Shown: positions 30,911-42,458, numbered from the stretch's first letter. The stretch is DNA of 64,000 nucleotides from an uncultured Gammaproteobacteria bacterium (GCA_964597575.1 CAZQXB010000001.1:964-64963), one strand, 5' to 3'. Numbers and translations: made by a program. The notes: generated by a model not told the origin, from the letters alone.

Positions 30911-31423
30911 CTATAGAGCATTTCTCGCCATTGCGGCAGTCGTTATAGCGACCGCAAAACCATCAGCTGCGTCGTCCTGTAGGCGCTTGTTTTTAAGACC
31001 AAGATGCATAGAAACAACCGCCTGAACTTGAATTTTATCCGCCTTTCCGTACCCAGTCACGGCTTGTTTAACCTCAAGCGGGGTACATTCATGTATAGGA
31101 AGTCCGGCCTCGGCCAAAATAAGCATCATTACCCCCCGTGCATGGCCCACATCAATACCAGTCGTCACGTTTTTGGCAAAATACAGCGTTTCCATGCCGG
31201 CAATAGCTGGAGCATGCTTTTTAATGATTCTTCGAAGTTCAATGGCAATATCTTTCAGTCGCCCAGCTAAGGGGGAATTTGGGGTGGTCTCAATACACCC
31301 ACATGCAATCGGGACAAGGCTATGGGCGCGAGCCTCGATAACCCCCCACCCCACACGCCCAAAACCAGGGTCAAGCCCGATGATTCGCACCGATGGCGGC
31401 GTCAAAGGAGTCTTTTTTTTCAT
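30911..31423 (-). CDS. ruvC: Holliday junction resolvase RuvC
   Basis: IIGLDPGFGRVGWGVIE motif plus the catalytic acidic residues. Confidence 0.8.
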   Translation of the reverse strand: MKKKTPLTPPSVRIIGLDPGFGRVGWGVIEARAHSLVPIACGCIETTPNSPLAGRLKDIAIELRRIIKKHAPAIAGMETLYFAKNVTTGIDVGHARGVMMLILAEAGLPIHECTPLEVKQAVTGYGKADKIQVQAVVSMHLGLKNKRLQDDAADGFAVAITTAAMARNAL

Positions 31424-32523
31424 AATGAAGCAATAACGCTCTTCATGCGATTAAGAAACTTTTCCGTAGAAAATTCACTTGCTTCCCGAATACACGCCTC
31501 TTTCATTTCCAAAGCTCGCTCTTTGGTTAGATGATTTACTGCATCACAAATATCCTGAATGGTATACGCTGAAGACAGAAGAATTCCGGTTTTTTCTGGA
31601 AGGATCGTTTCACGAAGCCCTCCTTCTGCAACCCCAATACATGGCTTCCCGGCAGCCATGCTTTCAACGGATGACATGCCGAAATCTTCCTGACGCGGAA
31701 TATACACTGTGGCAATACAGTTACCAACTAGCCGAGCCAACTCCTCATTGCTTAACCACCCTCGAAGGGTAATATTTCCGGCTCCTTTCGCTAAATAAGC
31801 TACTTCGTGTTCCGCTTCTCCACCGGAACAGATGATTAATTTTTTTTCTGGCATACGACGAAACGCACGCACAATATCATCAACTCGTTTCAGTGGGTCG
31901 AGCCGTGCAAATGAAAGATAGTAATCGCCTTGCGAAAGCCACTGAAATCTTTTGGTATCAATTGGTGGGTACACTACCACAGAGTCCCGATGGCAAAATG
32001 TTTTTAACCGTTCCTGAATGGTTCGAGAATTGGTTACCACATGTTCCATGCCACGAAGACCCCACTCATAGATAAGCGACATCGGAATACGGCCAATTGT
32101 ATAGAGAACGATTCTTTTGAGAAAATTCCGTTCTTCCCCTCGATGGAAGTCGAACAGATCATACACATGCCGTGGCGGGGTATGGCAGTAGAGCACGGTC
32201 TTGGTACGTTTCGGCACATGTACTCTCGCGCTCAAGCAATTATTCCCAGAAAAAATAATAAGGTCGTAATTCCGAAATATCTTCCGAGTCTTCGTCAAAA
32301 AATTCCATTGCGCTCGAAAATACCGCCACACCATTCTCTTTGGATGCCCCGCATCAAGGACAAATACTTTTCCCGATGCTTCAGAACGATCGTATGTTTT
32401 TTCACCCCAAAACTCGGTAAGAATATCGGCGTTTAGTCCATTGGCTAATTCCAATACCAGCCGCTCTGCGCCGCCTTTAAAAAGAAACCGGTCGTGAACA
32501 ATAAGAATGTGTTTAGGTGACAT
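31420..32523 (-). CDS. GT4-family glycosyltransferase
   Basis: The GT-B C-terminal domain carries an E..ESMAAGKPCIG...GG..E motif. The start is taken at MSPKHILIVHD, since the ORF-track N-terminal extension overlaps yebC. Confidence 0.7.
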   Translation of the reverse strand: MSPKHILIVHDRFLFKGGAERLVLELANGLNADILTEFWGEKTYDRSEASGKVFVLDAGHPKRMVWRYFRAQWNFLTKTRKIFRNYDLIIFSGNNCLSARVHVPKRTKTVLYCHTPPRHVYDLFDFHRGEERNFLKRIVLYTIGRIPMSLIYEWGLRGMEHVVTNSRTIQERLKTFCHRDSVVVYPPIDTKRFQWLSQGDYYLSFARLDPLKRVDDIVRAFRRMPEKKLIICSGGEAEHEVAYLAKGAGNITLRGWLSNEELARLVGNCIATVYIPRQEDFGMSSVESMAAGKPCIGVAEGGLRETILPEKTGILLSSAYTIQDICDAVNHLTKERALEMKEACIREASEFSTEKFLNRMKSVIASL

Positions 32524-33253
32524 GCAAATTGGTATATACCGCACGAACATCATCATGTTCATCAAATGCGTCGTAGAGCGCGAGTACTTTTTCCTCCTCT
32601 TCTTTTCCGACAGATATTGATTCTTTAGCAACCCACTCAAGCGCTGATTCTTTCGGCGGCATGTGCCATGACTCAAAGAGCTGAACGACTCTAGGGAAGC
32701 CGGCCACTGTTGTTACCACATGAAGCCCATGATCATTTTTTGAAATATCTTCAGCTCCAGCATCAATAAGCATTAACTCTTTTTCCTCGGTGTTTTGTTC
32801 GTATACAGAAAGAAACTCGTCCCCCACCTGAATTACTCCCTGGTGCACAAACTGCCACTCCGCGCTTCCGGGGCTCCCAAGAGAGCCTCCGTATTTCGTA
32901 AAAATATGTTTCATGTCTGAAGCAGTACGGTTTCGATTATCCGTTACGGTTTCAACTAAAAATGCCGTGCCGTTTGGACCAAACCCTTCATATTTAAGGG
33001 GCTCAAGCTGAACCCCATCGGCTAATTCTCCGGTGCCACGCTTAATCGCCCGATCAATATTATCTTTTGGAACATTGGCAGCCCGTGCTTTTTCTACTGC
33101 AAGGCGAAGCGAAAAATTCATGGTTTGATCTCCCCCACCTTGCATCGCTGCAACAGTAATGGCTCGACACAGTTTCGTAAACACGTTCGCCCGAGCAGCA
33201 TCGGTTTTCCCTTTTCTATTTTTGAGTTTATGCCATTTAGAATGCCCTGACAT
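32513..33253 (-). CDS. yebC: YebC/PmpR-family transcriptional regulator
   Basis: MSGHSKWHKLKNRKGKTDAARANVFTKL shows canonical N-terminal conservation. Confidence 0.85.
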   Translation of the reverse strand: MSGHSKWHKLKNRKGKTDAARANVFTKLCRAITVAAMQGGGDQTMNFSLRLAVEKARAANVPKDNIDRAIKRGTGELADGVQLEPLKYEGFGPNGTAFLVETVTDNRNRTASDMKHIFTKYGGSLGSPGSAEWQFVHQGVIQVGDEFLSVYEQNTEEKELMLIDAGAEDISKNDHGLHVVTTVAGFPRVVQLFESWHMPPKESALEWVAKESISVGKEEEEKVLALYDAFDEHDDVRAVYTNLHVT

Positions 33254-33482
33254 ACATTTGAGAGGAAGTAATATCTAAAAGGGTAGCAGACAGGCCCAAT
33301 ATTGACAAATAAAAAAAGGCATGCTACAGTATACTGTTATTTTTTTGCTTCACACAGATAAAATATGCCTCTGCACGAGTACCTCCAATTGCTTTTCACG
33401 ACGAAAAAATAACGACCGGCATGCGAAAAACTTTCGCTCCTCAATTCCCAGCTCTTCCAAAAGAACTGGGCGAGAGGAAAAA

Positions 33483-33932
33483 ATGAACAGCAAAATTAAC
33501 ATTTCCCACCTACTCCTCCCGGCTGTAAAGATCGTGGAGGACCTGAAAAGACGAGTGCCTGGTCTTAAAACCTGGCATGTGGAACTCACCTTCGTTGTGG
33601 TGTTTCACACGATTTTCAATCTTCTCATCTTGGGTAACTTTCGCGAGTTCTTCGTCGGAATCGGACCCATGGTCTCAGGCATCTGCCTTGACCAGGTTCA
33701 ATTCCGGCTCGATGAGCTCGAGCAAAAACGGAGTGAACGGGGCGAGGCTGTACTCCACTGTCATATGTGGAGAATGAGATACTACTGGCTCGGGCAACTG
33801 AGTTGGATTGTATACTACGTTGATCACGAGGCCTACACGGGTCTCGTGGCAATCGCAGTTCTCGGGTTCGGTTACCCGGCCTGGCGCAAAGCCTGGAGAG
33901 AACACCACCCAATCAAGCTCGATAGAGCTTAG
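33483..33932 (+). CDS. Hypothetical membrane protein in a GC-rich island
   Basis: An RBS gagg precedes ATG 33483. It has two hydrophobic segments and is followed by a terminator-like hairpin near 34063-34092. Confidence 0.4.
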   Translation: MNSKINISHLLLPAVKIVEDLKRRVPGLKTWHVELTFVVVFHTIFNLLILGNFREFFVGIGPMVSGICLDQVQFRLDELEQKRSERGEAVLHCHMWRMRYYWLGQLSWIVYYVDHEAYTGLVAIAVLGFGYPAWRKAWREHHPIKLDRA

Positions 33933-34264
33933 CTAAAGAGCGAATCGACCACCCTTCTGGCATTCTAGCTCCAGAGGAATGGAAGATGGACCCCGCTTGC
34001 CATCATCGATTCTTTTTTGAGGAATACATTTCTTTGAAGAAGAATGATGACAAGCGGAACGATCAAAAAACTGACCACACGGTCGGTTTTTTGTTTTCCT
34101 CCTGTGTGACTTTTTTGAATGTCTCGACAAGCAAAAGTTTACTCTCGATGCGCGCGCATCTGTACATCTATACACAAACCTTGACTTATTCACCGATTGG
34201 TGATGTTTTTGTCATGCTTTACCCAGACAAACCCATCGAGGTGTCTTGATGAAGCAAGGAGTCA

Positions 34265-34834
34265 GTGATGCAAAAAATGAAGGAAAGAGGGTGGATGGCC
34301 CTCATCGGCATCTTCCTCTCCGTTCTCGCCGCCGCGTGCGGCGGAACCGATGATGGGTTCGAGACCAGCGAGGCCGCAGTGGTCTCATGCAATCTCAGCT
34401 CTGTCCATGGCACGTCCCTTCTGCCGGCCACTGTGCCTGGTCTGCAGATGCACACCTGCCTCGCGAACGGATCGTGCACCCCGATCACGGAGTACAGCGA
34501 GGACGGATGCGTCCCCCTGAACGGTGATACCTGGCAGTTCTGGTTGGGCCTGAGCACGAACGGTAACAAGGTGCTCGTACGCCAAGGGGGTGTCACAGGT
34601 CGTGACTTCCGGGTCACGAACAATAGCCAGATCCGGAACATTCGCGTTGGGTTCGAGCAGGTGGCCGGCGTGTTTTACTCCACGCCGACCGTCATCCTAC
34701 CGGGGCAGACACGTGACGTGTACGGGCCCACAGGCGTCATACCCGTCGTTTCCAAGTTCCGCGCGGAGATCGTAACGCCCCCCGAGAACAACTGGAACGG
34801 ATTGTTGCCGATCCAGGTCCTTCTCATCGACTGA
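34265..34834 (+). CDS. Secreted lipoprotein (lipobox LAAAC) in a GC-rich island
   Basis: Signal peptide plus Cys (MALIGIFLSVLAAACGG). ~60% GC. Confidence 0.5.
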   Translation: MMQKMKERGWMALIGIFLSVLAAACGGTDDGFETSEAAVVSCNLSSVHGTSLLPATVPGLQMHTCLANGSCTPITEYSEDGCVPLNGDTWQFWLGLSTNGNKVLVRQGGVTGRDFRVTNNSQIRNIRVGFEQVAGVFYSTPTVILPGQTRDVYGPTGVIPVVSKFRAEIVTPPENNWNGLLPIQVLLID

Positions 34835-35042
34835 GGCAGCCTCTGTCGCCTAGACTGAGGCCATACACACAACCACCAAGTTCATAGCGCACCACCGGCT
34901 ACGCGCAGTCGAGACTATTTCATATTCGAAACAAGACTCCTAAAGAAAAGCTGGTTCCTATAAAAGAGCTTTTATAAAGGCTCTTTTTTGGTATAAAAAG
35001 AACCCGACCACGAGGCCGGATTCTTCTTTTATTATCTATCTT

Positions 35043-38000
35043 TTAAGCAGCCACTTCCTCAGATGCTACTACTTCTTTTGACAAGTCATTAATCGGTGCA
35101 TCAGCCGCTTCTTTGCGAAAGCCGGTTCCAACAGGAATCAAGCGTCCAATAATAACGTTTTCTTTCAACCCATCGAGGTAGTCCACTTTACCGGTAATCG
35201 CGGCATTAATGAGGACCTTCGAAGTTTCCTGGAATGATGCAGCCGAGAGGAAGCTCTGTGTTGAGAGCGATACCTTACTAATACCCAGGAAGAGTTCCCG
35301 TGCGAGCGCAGGCTTCTTTTTCGTTTTCTTCATTTCTAGGTTGGCCAAAAGGAACTGCGCTTTTTCAATGACTTCCCCTGGAAGAAGTTCCGTGTCCCCT
35401 GCGTCTTCCACGTAAACACGACTAAACATTTGTTTAATAATGATTTCTACATGCTTGTCGTTCAAGCGTTGACCTTGACCAGCGTAGATCGCCTGAATTT
35501 CAGCCAAGATATACCGCTGTACGGCATCGCGACCTTTCAGTTCAAAGAGTTCTTGTAAGTTTACACTTCCCTCTGTCAACTGATGACCACGTTCCACGGT
35601 CTCGCCTTCTTTCACCCAAATCTTATACCCAATTGGAATCACGTATTCTTTGGTCAGACTTCCAGGGAGAGAAACGACCATCTCTTTACCACCAGTACGA
35701 ACCGTTCCACCTTGGATTGCTTTCACCTCTTCACCGCTTCCGCGAATCATGAGAACATCACCCTTTTCAACAACCATACCGGTCTCCACTTTCACATCGT
35801 CAGCAGGAAGAACTTCATAGGTATCTTCCGCTGGGCCAGTACCAGTAATTTTAACAATCTTTTGCCCACGACGACCTTCAAAAATCTTGCGGCCAGTTGG
35901 GCCAGTAATTACCTTTCCATCAGCATCTTCAATCGTTACTTCACCGGCAATTTCTGAAAGTACGGCTGAACGCTTTGGCGCGCGTGCTTCAAACAATTCT
36001 TCAACACGAGGAAGACCTTGAGTAATATCGCTTCCGCCGGCCACACCTCCCGTATGGAAGGTACGCATCGTAAGCTGAGTACCCGGTTCACCGATAGACT
36101 GCGCTGCAATAATACCAACAGCCACACCATGCTTCACCGAGCCATTGTTACTCAAGTCGAAGCCGTAGCATTTCATACACACACCCTTCGGGAGCAAACA
36201 TTGAAGAACTGAGCGTACATGCATGTTGGTCACGCCGCGTTTTTCTACCTGACGCGCAAGTTCTTCGGTGACGACTTCTCCCGCAGAAACAAGAACCGAA
36301 CCATCTGACGCAAGTGCATCAGCCAATACATATCGACCCATCACACGCTCTGACAATTTTTCTCCGATCTTTTCTGAACCTTCTTTGGTTACGAGTTCAC
36401 CGACAGTGTCGCCACAGTCATCTTCCATGATCACTACGTCTTGCGCAACATCAACCAAACGACGAGTGAGGTACCCAGCGTTCGCAGTACGAAGCGCGGT
36501 ATCCGACAGACCTTTACGTACACCGTGACTTGAGATAAAGAACTCAAGCACATCGAACCCTTCTTTAAAGTTTCCCTTCACCGGAAGTTCGATAATTTCG
36601 CCCGATGGAGAAGCTACAAGCCCCTTCATACCGATCACCTGACCAATCTGTGCCCATGAACCACGGGCTTTCGAATCAATCATGGCAAATACTGAACCGT
36701 CACGGTTGAGGGCTTCTTTGTTTTTTGAAACCACACGATCTTTCACGCCAGTCCAGATTTCAAGTACCTTCGCATGGCGTTCTGAATCGGTCAGTAACCC
36801 TTCAGCAAATTGATCTTCAACAATACGAACTTCAGCATCACCCTCGGCCAAGAAGCCTGGTTTTTCAGGAATCGTTCCGAAGTTATCCATGCCAAGTGAG
36901 TACCCTGAACGAGTCACATAGCGGAACCCAAGACGTTTCATATCGTCGAGAACATGAGCGGTTTTTTCTTGTCCGTAAAACTCAAGCAATAATTGAATGA
37001 TGTTTCCGAGATGAGTCTTTGTAATTGACTCATTATAGTATGGCAATTTATTTGGCAAGATTTCATTGAAGAAGATACGGCCAATTGATGTTTCAATGAG
37101 ATGGCTTGTTCCGGCTGGAAACTTGCTCATGTCATCAAAGCGCACCTTGATACGTTCTTTCAGTTTAATTTTGCGCATCTTGTACGCAAACTGTGCTTCA
37201 GTAATGCTTGAGAAAAATTTCTTCACGTCTGCTTTGTCATCTTCGCGATACTTCGTGAGGTAGTAAGAACCAAGCGCAATATCTTGCTGTGGCGTAATTA
37301 CTGGCGCACCAGTCGCAGGTTTAAGCAAGTTCTTTTCTGAAGCCATGAGGTTTTCAGCTTCCCATTTTGCTTCTTTGGTCAGCGGCACATGAACGGCCAT
37401 CTGATCTCCGTCGAAGTCGGCGTTAAACGCTGGACATACCAGCGGATGAAGTTGGATCGCTTTTCCTTCTACAAGCTGTGGACGGAAGGCCTGAATACCC
37501 AAACGGTGAAGGGTCGGCGCACGGTTCAAAAGAACGCGGGTATTTTTGGTAATTTCTTCCAAAATATCCCACACTTCTGGGGCATTCGTTTCAATGAAAC
37601 GGCTTGCTGAACGAACGTTATGCGCCAGTTCGCGTTTAATAATCTGAGACATGACGAATGGCTTGAAGAGTTCCAAGGCCATGCGTTTTGGCAAACCACA
37701 TTCATCAATGTGAAGGTGAGGTCCAACCACGATAACCGAACGACCAGAGTAATCGACACGTTTTCCGAGCAAGTTCTGACGGAAACGACCTTGCTTCCCT
37801 TTCAAAATATCAGCAAGGGATCGAAGTTGGCGTTTCTGACCAGTGGATGCAGTAACGGTTTTCGCAGCACGTGCGTTGTTATCAATAAGCGCATCAACCG
37901 CTTCTTGGAGCATGCGTTTTTCGTTGCGGCAAATAACTTCCGGAGCATGTAAATCAAGCAAGCGCTCTAAGCGATTATTACGGTTAATGACACGGCGATA

Positions 38001-38975
38001 GAGATCGTTCAAATCTGACGTTGCAAAACGACCACCGTCGAGCGCGACCATTGGGCGAAGATCTGGAGGGATAACAGGAAGAGCGGTGAGGATCATCCAT
38101 TCTGGACGAATATTATTTTTTTCCAAACTCTTCAAGAGCTTGATACGGCGCACCAAACGTTCATGCTTCGCACCTTTGCTTTTCGCAAGTTCTGCTTCTA
38201 AACGAGTAATCGTTTCTTTCACATTGAGGCGTGTGAGAAGTTCGTGAATACCACCAGCACCAATGCTTGCTTCAAATAAATGACCATAGCGGAGAGCAAG
38301 TTCTTGGTACCGATTTTCACTCACAATCGACATGACGGCAATGTCTTTCAAATCGTCTGTTGCAGATGAGAATTCTTCATCGAGCGCTTCATATTTTTCC
38401 TGGCGCTCTTTTTCTAATGCAGAAACTACTTTCGCTTCGCCTTCTTTTTGTGCAATACGAGCTGCGTAGTCTTTTTCAATTTGCTTTTTCTTTGATTTAT
38501 ATTCTAACTTTAAGGCGGCTTCGGTCGCTTCTTTTTCTGCCTCGTCAACCGAGGTAATAATAAACGACGCAAAGTAAATCACTTTTTCTAATGCTTGAAT
38601 CGAAAGATCAAGCACAAGACCCACCTTTGATGGAATCGAACGGAGGAACCAAATATGGGACACCGGTGCAGCAAGCTCAATATGACCCATGCGTTCACGA
38701 CGAACAAGTGAGTGTGTTACCTCTACCCCACACTTGTCACACACAATTCCTTTATAGCGAATCTTTTTGTATTTTCCACAGTAACACTCCCAGTCTTTGG
38801 TCGGCCCAAAAATTTCCTCAGCAAAGAGCCCGCCTTTTTCTGGTTTTTGGGTACGATAGTTAATCGTTTCTGGTTTCACAACTTCACCGTGTGACCATTT
38901 GCGAATAACCTCAGGCGACGCAACTTTCAGTGCCAGAGCGTCGAATTCAATTGATGGAGCATGATTTCTCATCAT
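35043..38975 (-). CDS. rpoC: DNA-directed RNA polymerase subunit beta'
   Basis: NADFDGDQM catalytic motif, the zinc-binding N-terminus and full-length conservation. Confidence 0.95.
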   Translation of the reverse strand: MMRNHAPSIEFDALALKVASPEVIRKWSHGEVVKPETINYRTQKPEKGGLFAEEIFGPTKDWECYCGKYKKIRYKGIVCDKCGVEVTHSLVRRERMGHIELAAPVSHIWFLRSIPSKVGLVLDLSIQALEKVIYFASFIITSVDEAEKEATEAALKLEYKSKKKQIEKDYAARIAQKEGEAKVVSALEKERQEKYEALDEEFSSATDDLKDIAVMSIVSENRYQELALRYGHLFEASIGAGGIHELLTRLNVKETITRLEAELAKSKGAKHERLVRRIKLLKSLEKNNIRPEWMILTALPVIPPDLRPMVALDGGRFATSDLNDLYRRVINRNNRLERLLDLHAPEVICRNEKRMLQEAVDALIDNNARAAKTVTASTGQKRQLRSLADILKGKQGRFRQNLLGKRVDYSGRSVIVVGPHLHIDECGLPKRMALELFKPFVMSQIIKRELAHNVRSASRFIETNAPEVWDILEEITKNTRVLLNRAPTLHRLGIQAFRPQLVEGKAIQLHPLVCPAFNADFDGDQMAVHVPLTKEAKWEAENLMASEKNLLKPATGAPVITPQQDIALGSYYLTKYREDDKADVKKFFSSITEAQFAYKMRKIKLKERIKVRFDDMSKFPAGTSHLIETSIGRIFFNEILPNKLPYYNESITKTHLGNIIQLLLEFYGQEKTAHVLDDMKRLGFRYVTRSGYSLGMDNFGTIPEKPGFLAEGDAEVRIVEDQFAEGLLTDSERHAKVLEIWTGVKDRVVSKNKEALNRDGSVFAMIDSKARGSWAQIGQVIGMKGLVASPSGEIIELPVKGNFKEGFDVLEFFISSHGVRKGLSDTALRTANAGYLTRRLVDVAQDVVIMEDDCGDTVGELVTKEGSEKIGEKLSERVMGRYVLADALASDGSVLVSAGEVVTEELARQVEKRGVTNMHVRSVLQCLLPKGVCMKCYGFDLSNNGSVKHGVAVGIIAAQSIGEPGTQLTMRTFHTGGVAGGSDITQGLPRVEELFEARAPKRSAVLSEIAGEVTIEDADGKVITGPTGRKIFEGRRGQKIVKITGTGPAEDTYEVLPADDVKVETGMVVEKGDVLMIRGSGEEVKAIQGGTVRTGGKEMVVSLPGSLTKEYVIPIGYKIWVKEGETVERGHQLTEGSVNLQELFELKGRDAVQRYILAEIQAIYAGQGQRLNDKHVEIIIKQMFSRVYVEDAGDTELLPGEVIEKAQFLLANLEMKKTKKKPALARELFLGISKVSLSTQSFLSAASFQETSKVLINAAITGKVDYLDGLKENVIIGRLIPVGTGFRKEAADAPINDLSKEVVASEEVAA

Positions 38976-38993
38976 AAAGAGTGGCTAGAGAGA

Positions 38994-41900
38994 TTAGAAG
39001 CGTGAATCGGACTGAAGGCGACCGCCGTTGTCGCTGTCATCTTCTGACGGTTTTGGCATAACGCTTTCCGCTGAAACATATGCCCCATTATCCATGGCTT
39101 TTAAAAGCTCAACATCTAAACACAGACCCTTCAGCTCTCGGACCAAGACGTTAAACGATTCTGGTAAGTTCACGCGGGTAATCGGTTCACCCTTTATAAT
39201 AGCCTCGTATGCTTTTGAGCGGCCTGGAACATCGTCGGACTTGATGGTCAAAATTTCCTGCAAGGTATGAGCCGCTCCATAGGCTTGAAGCGCCCAGACT
39301 TCCATTTCTCCGAAACGCTGACCACCGAACTGCGCCTTACCTCCCAAAGGCTGTTGCGTAATCAAACTGTAGGAACCAATGGAGCGTTGATGAATTTTAT
39401 CTTCTACCATGTGGTTCAACTTGAGCATGTAAGAGTACCCAACCGTTGTCTTGTGATCAAAGGCTTCACCCGTACGGCCGTCAAACAACTGCAACTGACC
39501 ATCTACCGGAAGTCCGGCTTCAGTGAGGGCCCCCTTGATCTGTTCTTCGGTAATACCATTTAGTACTGGAGTAGCAACGCGGTATCCAAGAGCGTTCGCT
39601 GCCAAACCCATATGGGTTTCAAGCAGCTGCCCTAAGTTCATACGGGAAATAACCCCGAGCGGTGAAAGGATAATATCAACGGGTGTTCCGTCATCCAAAA
39701 ATGGCATGTCTTCAACAGGAACTACCTTTGAAATAACACCTTTGTTTCCATGGCGGCCGGCCATCTTATCTCCGACTTGAACCTTACGGAGGTCAGCAAC
39801 CGTAACCTGCACCTGCTTAATAACCCCTGGTTGGAGTTTATCCCCCTCTTCGGCCGAGAACACTTTAATATCAATGACCTTACCGTTTTCACCGCCTTGT
39901 AAATAAAGAGATGAGTCACGAACATCACGAGCTTTTTCACCGAAGATCGCACGAAGCAACCGTTCTTCTGGAGTGAGTTCGGTTTCACCTTTTGGCGTAA
40001 TCTTTCCTACCAAAATGTCACCGGAATGTACTTCAGCTCCGATACGAACGACACCTTCAGAATCCAAATTCTTTAACTTTTCTTCTGAGACGTTTGGAAT
40101 GTCGGCAGTCACTACTTCAGGTCCGAGTTTCGTTTCGCGAACGTCGGTCGAATAGTCTTCCACATGAATCGACGTGTAGCGATCTTGCTGTACGAGACGT
40201 TCAGAAATGATAATAGCATCTTCGTAGTTGTATCCATCCCATACCATGTAGGCAACTAAAACGTTTTGACCAAGCGCAAGTTCACCATTATCAATCGCAG
40301 GACCATCACAAATCACTTGGCCTTTTTTCACCTTGTCGCCCAATTTTACAATCGGACGCTGGTTGATACAGCTTGAGTTGTTCGAGCGAATAAACTTGTT
40401 CAATGGGTAGGTAACCACTTTTCCTTTCTTTGAGGTAATTTCAACATGCTCACTGTCAACCGCCGTAACTTCGCCCTCTTCTTCTGAAGTAATCGCGTGA
40501 CCACTGTCAGTTGCGGCACGTGCTTCAATACCAGTTCCAACAAATGGTGCGTCGGGTTTAATGCATGGAACAGCTTGGCGCTGCATGTTCGTACCCATAA
40601 GACCACGGGTCGCATCGTCGTGTTCAAGAAACGGAATCAAACTGGTTGCGATACTAATAATTTGATTTGAAGCAACATCGACGTAATCAATGTTCTCTGG
40701 AGTTGCCGTACCAGGTTTTCCTTTAATACGAGCTGGAACACGGTCAGCCAAGATCAAACCACGCTCACCCATAGCAATGGTAGCTGCAGCAGTGGTAGCG
40801 CGTTCTTCATCAAACGAATTGAGGTAGACAATTTCTTGTGACACGCGAGGTTGCACCAAAATGGTTTTGACATTTTTTGCGCCTTCCAATTTTTTAGCAA
40901 TCTCTTTTGTAATCTTTGTTCCAGCGGCCACACCAGCAACCTCATCGCGCAAAATTTCATCTTCGGTAAAGCGCGCTTCATTTGGCACTTCACGAATCAC
41001 TTTGCGATATGGCGTTTCAATAAATCCAAATTCATTTACTTTTGCGTAACTTGATAAATGGCCCACGAGACCGATGTTCGGACCTTCAGGTGTTGCAATC
41101 GGACAAATACGACCGTAGTGAGTCGTGTGTACGTCACGAACTTCGAACCCTGCGCGATCACGAGAAAGACCGCCAGGTCCAAGAGCAGACACACGGCGCT
41201 TATGTTCAAGTTCAGCGAGTGGGTTCACCTGATCCATGAATTGGGAAAGCTGGGAACTCATGAAGAACTCACGTACTGCTCCAATAACCGGACGAGCATT
41301 GATGAGTTTATTTGGCATGAGACCTTCTACTTCGTAGGTGCTCATGCGGTCTTTAATGATGCGCTCCATGCGGGCAAGACCAATGCGGAAACGGTTTTGA
41401 ACCAATTCTCCAACTGCGCGAACACGGCGGTTTCCAAGGTGATCAATATCATCAGGGTCTTCCTGAGTCACGTTCAAACGAATGACTTCACGAAGAACAT
41501 GCACTAATTTCTCTGGAGAAAGAATACGTTCTTCTTTTTTGTCGAAGTCGGTATTTTCAAGACCCAAATTAAATTTCGTTGAAAACTTATAGACACCCAC
41601 GCGACCAAGATCGTACCGATCGAAATTCGTAAACATGGCCTGAATCAAACCGCGTGCGTTTTCAGCCGTTGCCAAATCTCCTGGACGAATACGTTTATAC
41701 ACTTCAATCAAACCCTCGTCTTCATTTGTCGCCACATCTTTTTTAAGTGTGTTGTCGACAAAATCAATATTAGAATGTGTATTCACTTCGGTAAAAAGCT
41801 GCTTAATCTGATCATCATTTCCGTATCCAAAAGCACGCAAAAGTGATGTTGCTGCCACTTTGCGTTTTCGATCAACTTTAATCCAGATCACGTTGTTTTG

Positions 41901-42458
41901 ATCTGTTTCAATTTCAATCCACGCTCCGCGATTTGGAATGATTTTTGCTCCGTAAAAACGGCGACCACGAACAGTTTCCGCGGTAAAGAATGCTCCAGGA
42001 GAGCGAATCAACTGTGAAATCACCACACGTTCAATACCATTCACCACAAACGTTCCGCGTGGTGTCATGATTGGTACGTCGCCCAAATATATCTGTTGGC
42101 GATGTTCTGCACCAGTGCGTTTGTTGCGTAAACGAACCTGTACACGAAGCGGCGCCTCGAAGGTAATATTTTTTTCACGGCACGTTACTTCGTTAAACTT
42201 TGGCTCATCAAGCGTATACTCTTCAAAGTAAAGCTCTAAATCACGACCCGTAAAGTCAGTGATCGGAGAAATTTCATCAAACAATTCACGAATCCCGGCA
42301 TCGAAAAACCAGGCATACGAGGATTTCTGCACCTCAATGAGGTCAGGCAATTCAGCTGCACGGGCCGACTCCTTGAAAAACTTCCGTTCCGGCAACACCG
42401 TTTTTTGCCGCTTGTAGATGGGCATAAGGCAACGATTTGTATAAAAAACGTGAGACAC
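38994..42458 (-). CDS. rpoB: DNA-directed RNA polymerase subunit beta
   Basis: Full-length conservation, including GDKMAGRHGNKGV. Confidence 0.95.
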   Translation of the reverse strand: MSHVFYTNRCLMPIYKRQKTVLPERKFFKESARAAELPDLIEVQKSSYAWFFDAGIRELFDEISPITDFTGRDLELYFEEYTLDEPKFNEVTCREKNITFEAPLRVQVRLRNKRTGAEHRQQIYLGDVPIMTPRGTFVVNGIERVVISQLIRSPGAFFTAETVRGRRFYGAKIIPNRGAWIEIETDQNNVIWIKVDRKRKVAATSLLRAFGYGNDDQIKQLFTEVNTHSNIDFVDNTLKKDVATNEDEGLIEVYKRIRPGDLATAENARGLIQAMFTNFDRYDLGRVGVYKFSTKFNLGLENTDFDKKEERILSPEKLVHVLREVIRLNVTQEDPDDIDHLGNRRVRAVGELVQNRFRIGLARMERIIKDRMSTYEVEGLMPNKLINARPVIGAVREFFMSSQLSQFMDQVNPLAELEHKRRVSALGPGGLSRDRAGFEVRDVHTTHYGRICPIATPEGPNIGLVGHLSSYAKVNEFGFIETPYRKVIREVPNEARFTEDEILRDEVAGVAAGTKITKEIAKKLEGAKNVKTILVQPRVSQEIVYLNSFDEERATTAAATIAMGERGLILADRVPARIKGKPGTATPENIDYVDVASNQIISIATSLIPFLEHDDATRGLMGTNMQRQAVPCIKPDAPFVGTGIEARAATDSGHAITSEEEGEVTAVDSEHVEITSKKGKVVTYPLNKFIRSNNSSCINQRPIVKLGDKVKKGQVICDGPAIDNGELALGQNVLVAYMVWDGYNYEDAIIISERLVQQDRYTSIHVEDYSTDVRETKLGPEVVTADIPNVSEEKLKNLDSEGVVRIGAEVHSGDILVGKITPKGETELTPEERLLRAIFGEKARDVRDSSLYLQGGENGKVIDIKVFSAEEGDKLQPGVIKQVQVTVADLRKVQVGDKMAGRHGNKGVISKVVPVEDMPFLDDGTPVDIILSPLGVISRMNLGQLLETHMGLAANALGYRVATPVLNGITEEQIKGALTEAGLPVDGQLQLFDGRTGEAFDHKTTVGYSYMLKLNHMVEDKIHQRSIGSYSLITQQPLGGKAQFGGQRFGEMEVWALQAYGAAHTLQEILTIKSDDVPGRSKAYEAIIKGEPITRVNLPESFNVLVRELKGLCLDVELLKAMDNGAYVSAESVMPKPSEDDSDNGGRLQSDSRF

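Noticed and set aside
33933-34249. The ORFs 33933..34193 (-) and 33986..34249 (+) between two GC-rich genes
   Set aside because: They overlap each other and have low-complexity, Arg/Lys- or Cys-rich composition without an RBS. The region more likely holds the terminator of the 33483-33932 gene and the promoter of the lipoprotein gene.
35209-42000. Many short ORFs on either strand inside rpoB and rpoC
   Set aside because: They overlap highly conserved coding sequence and are not independent genes.
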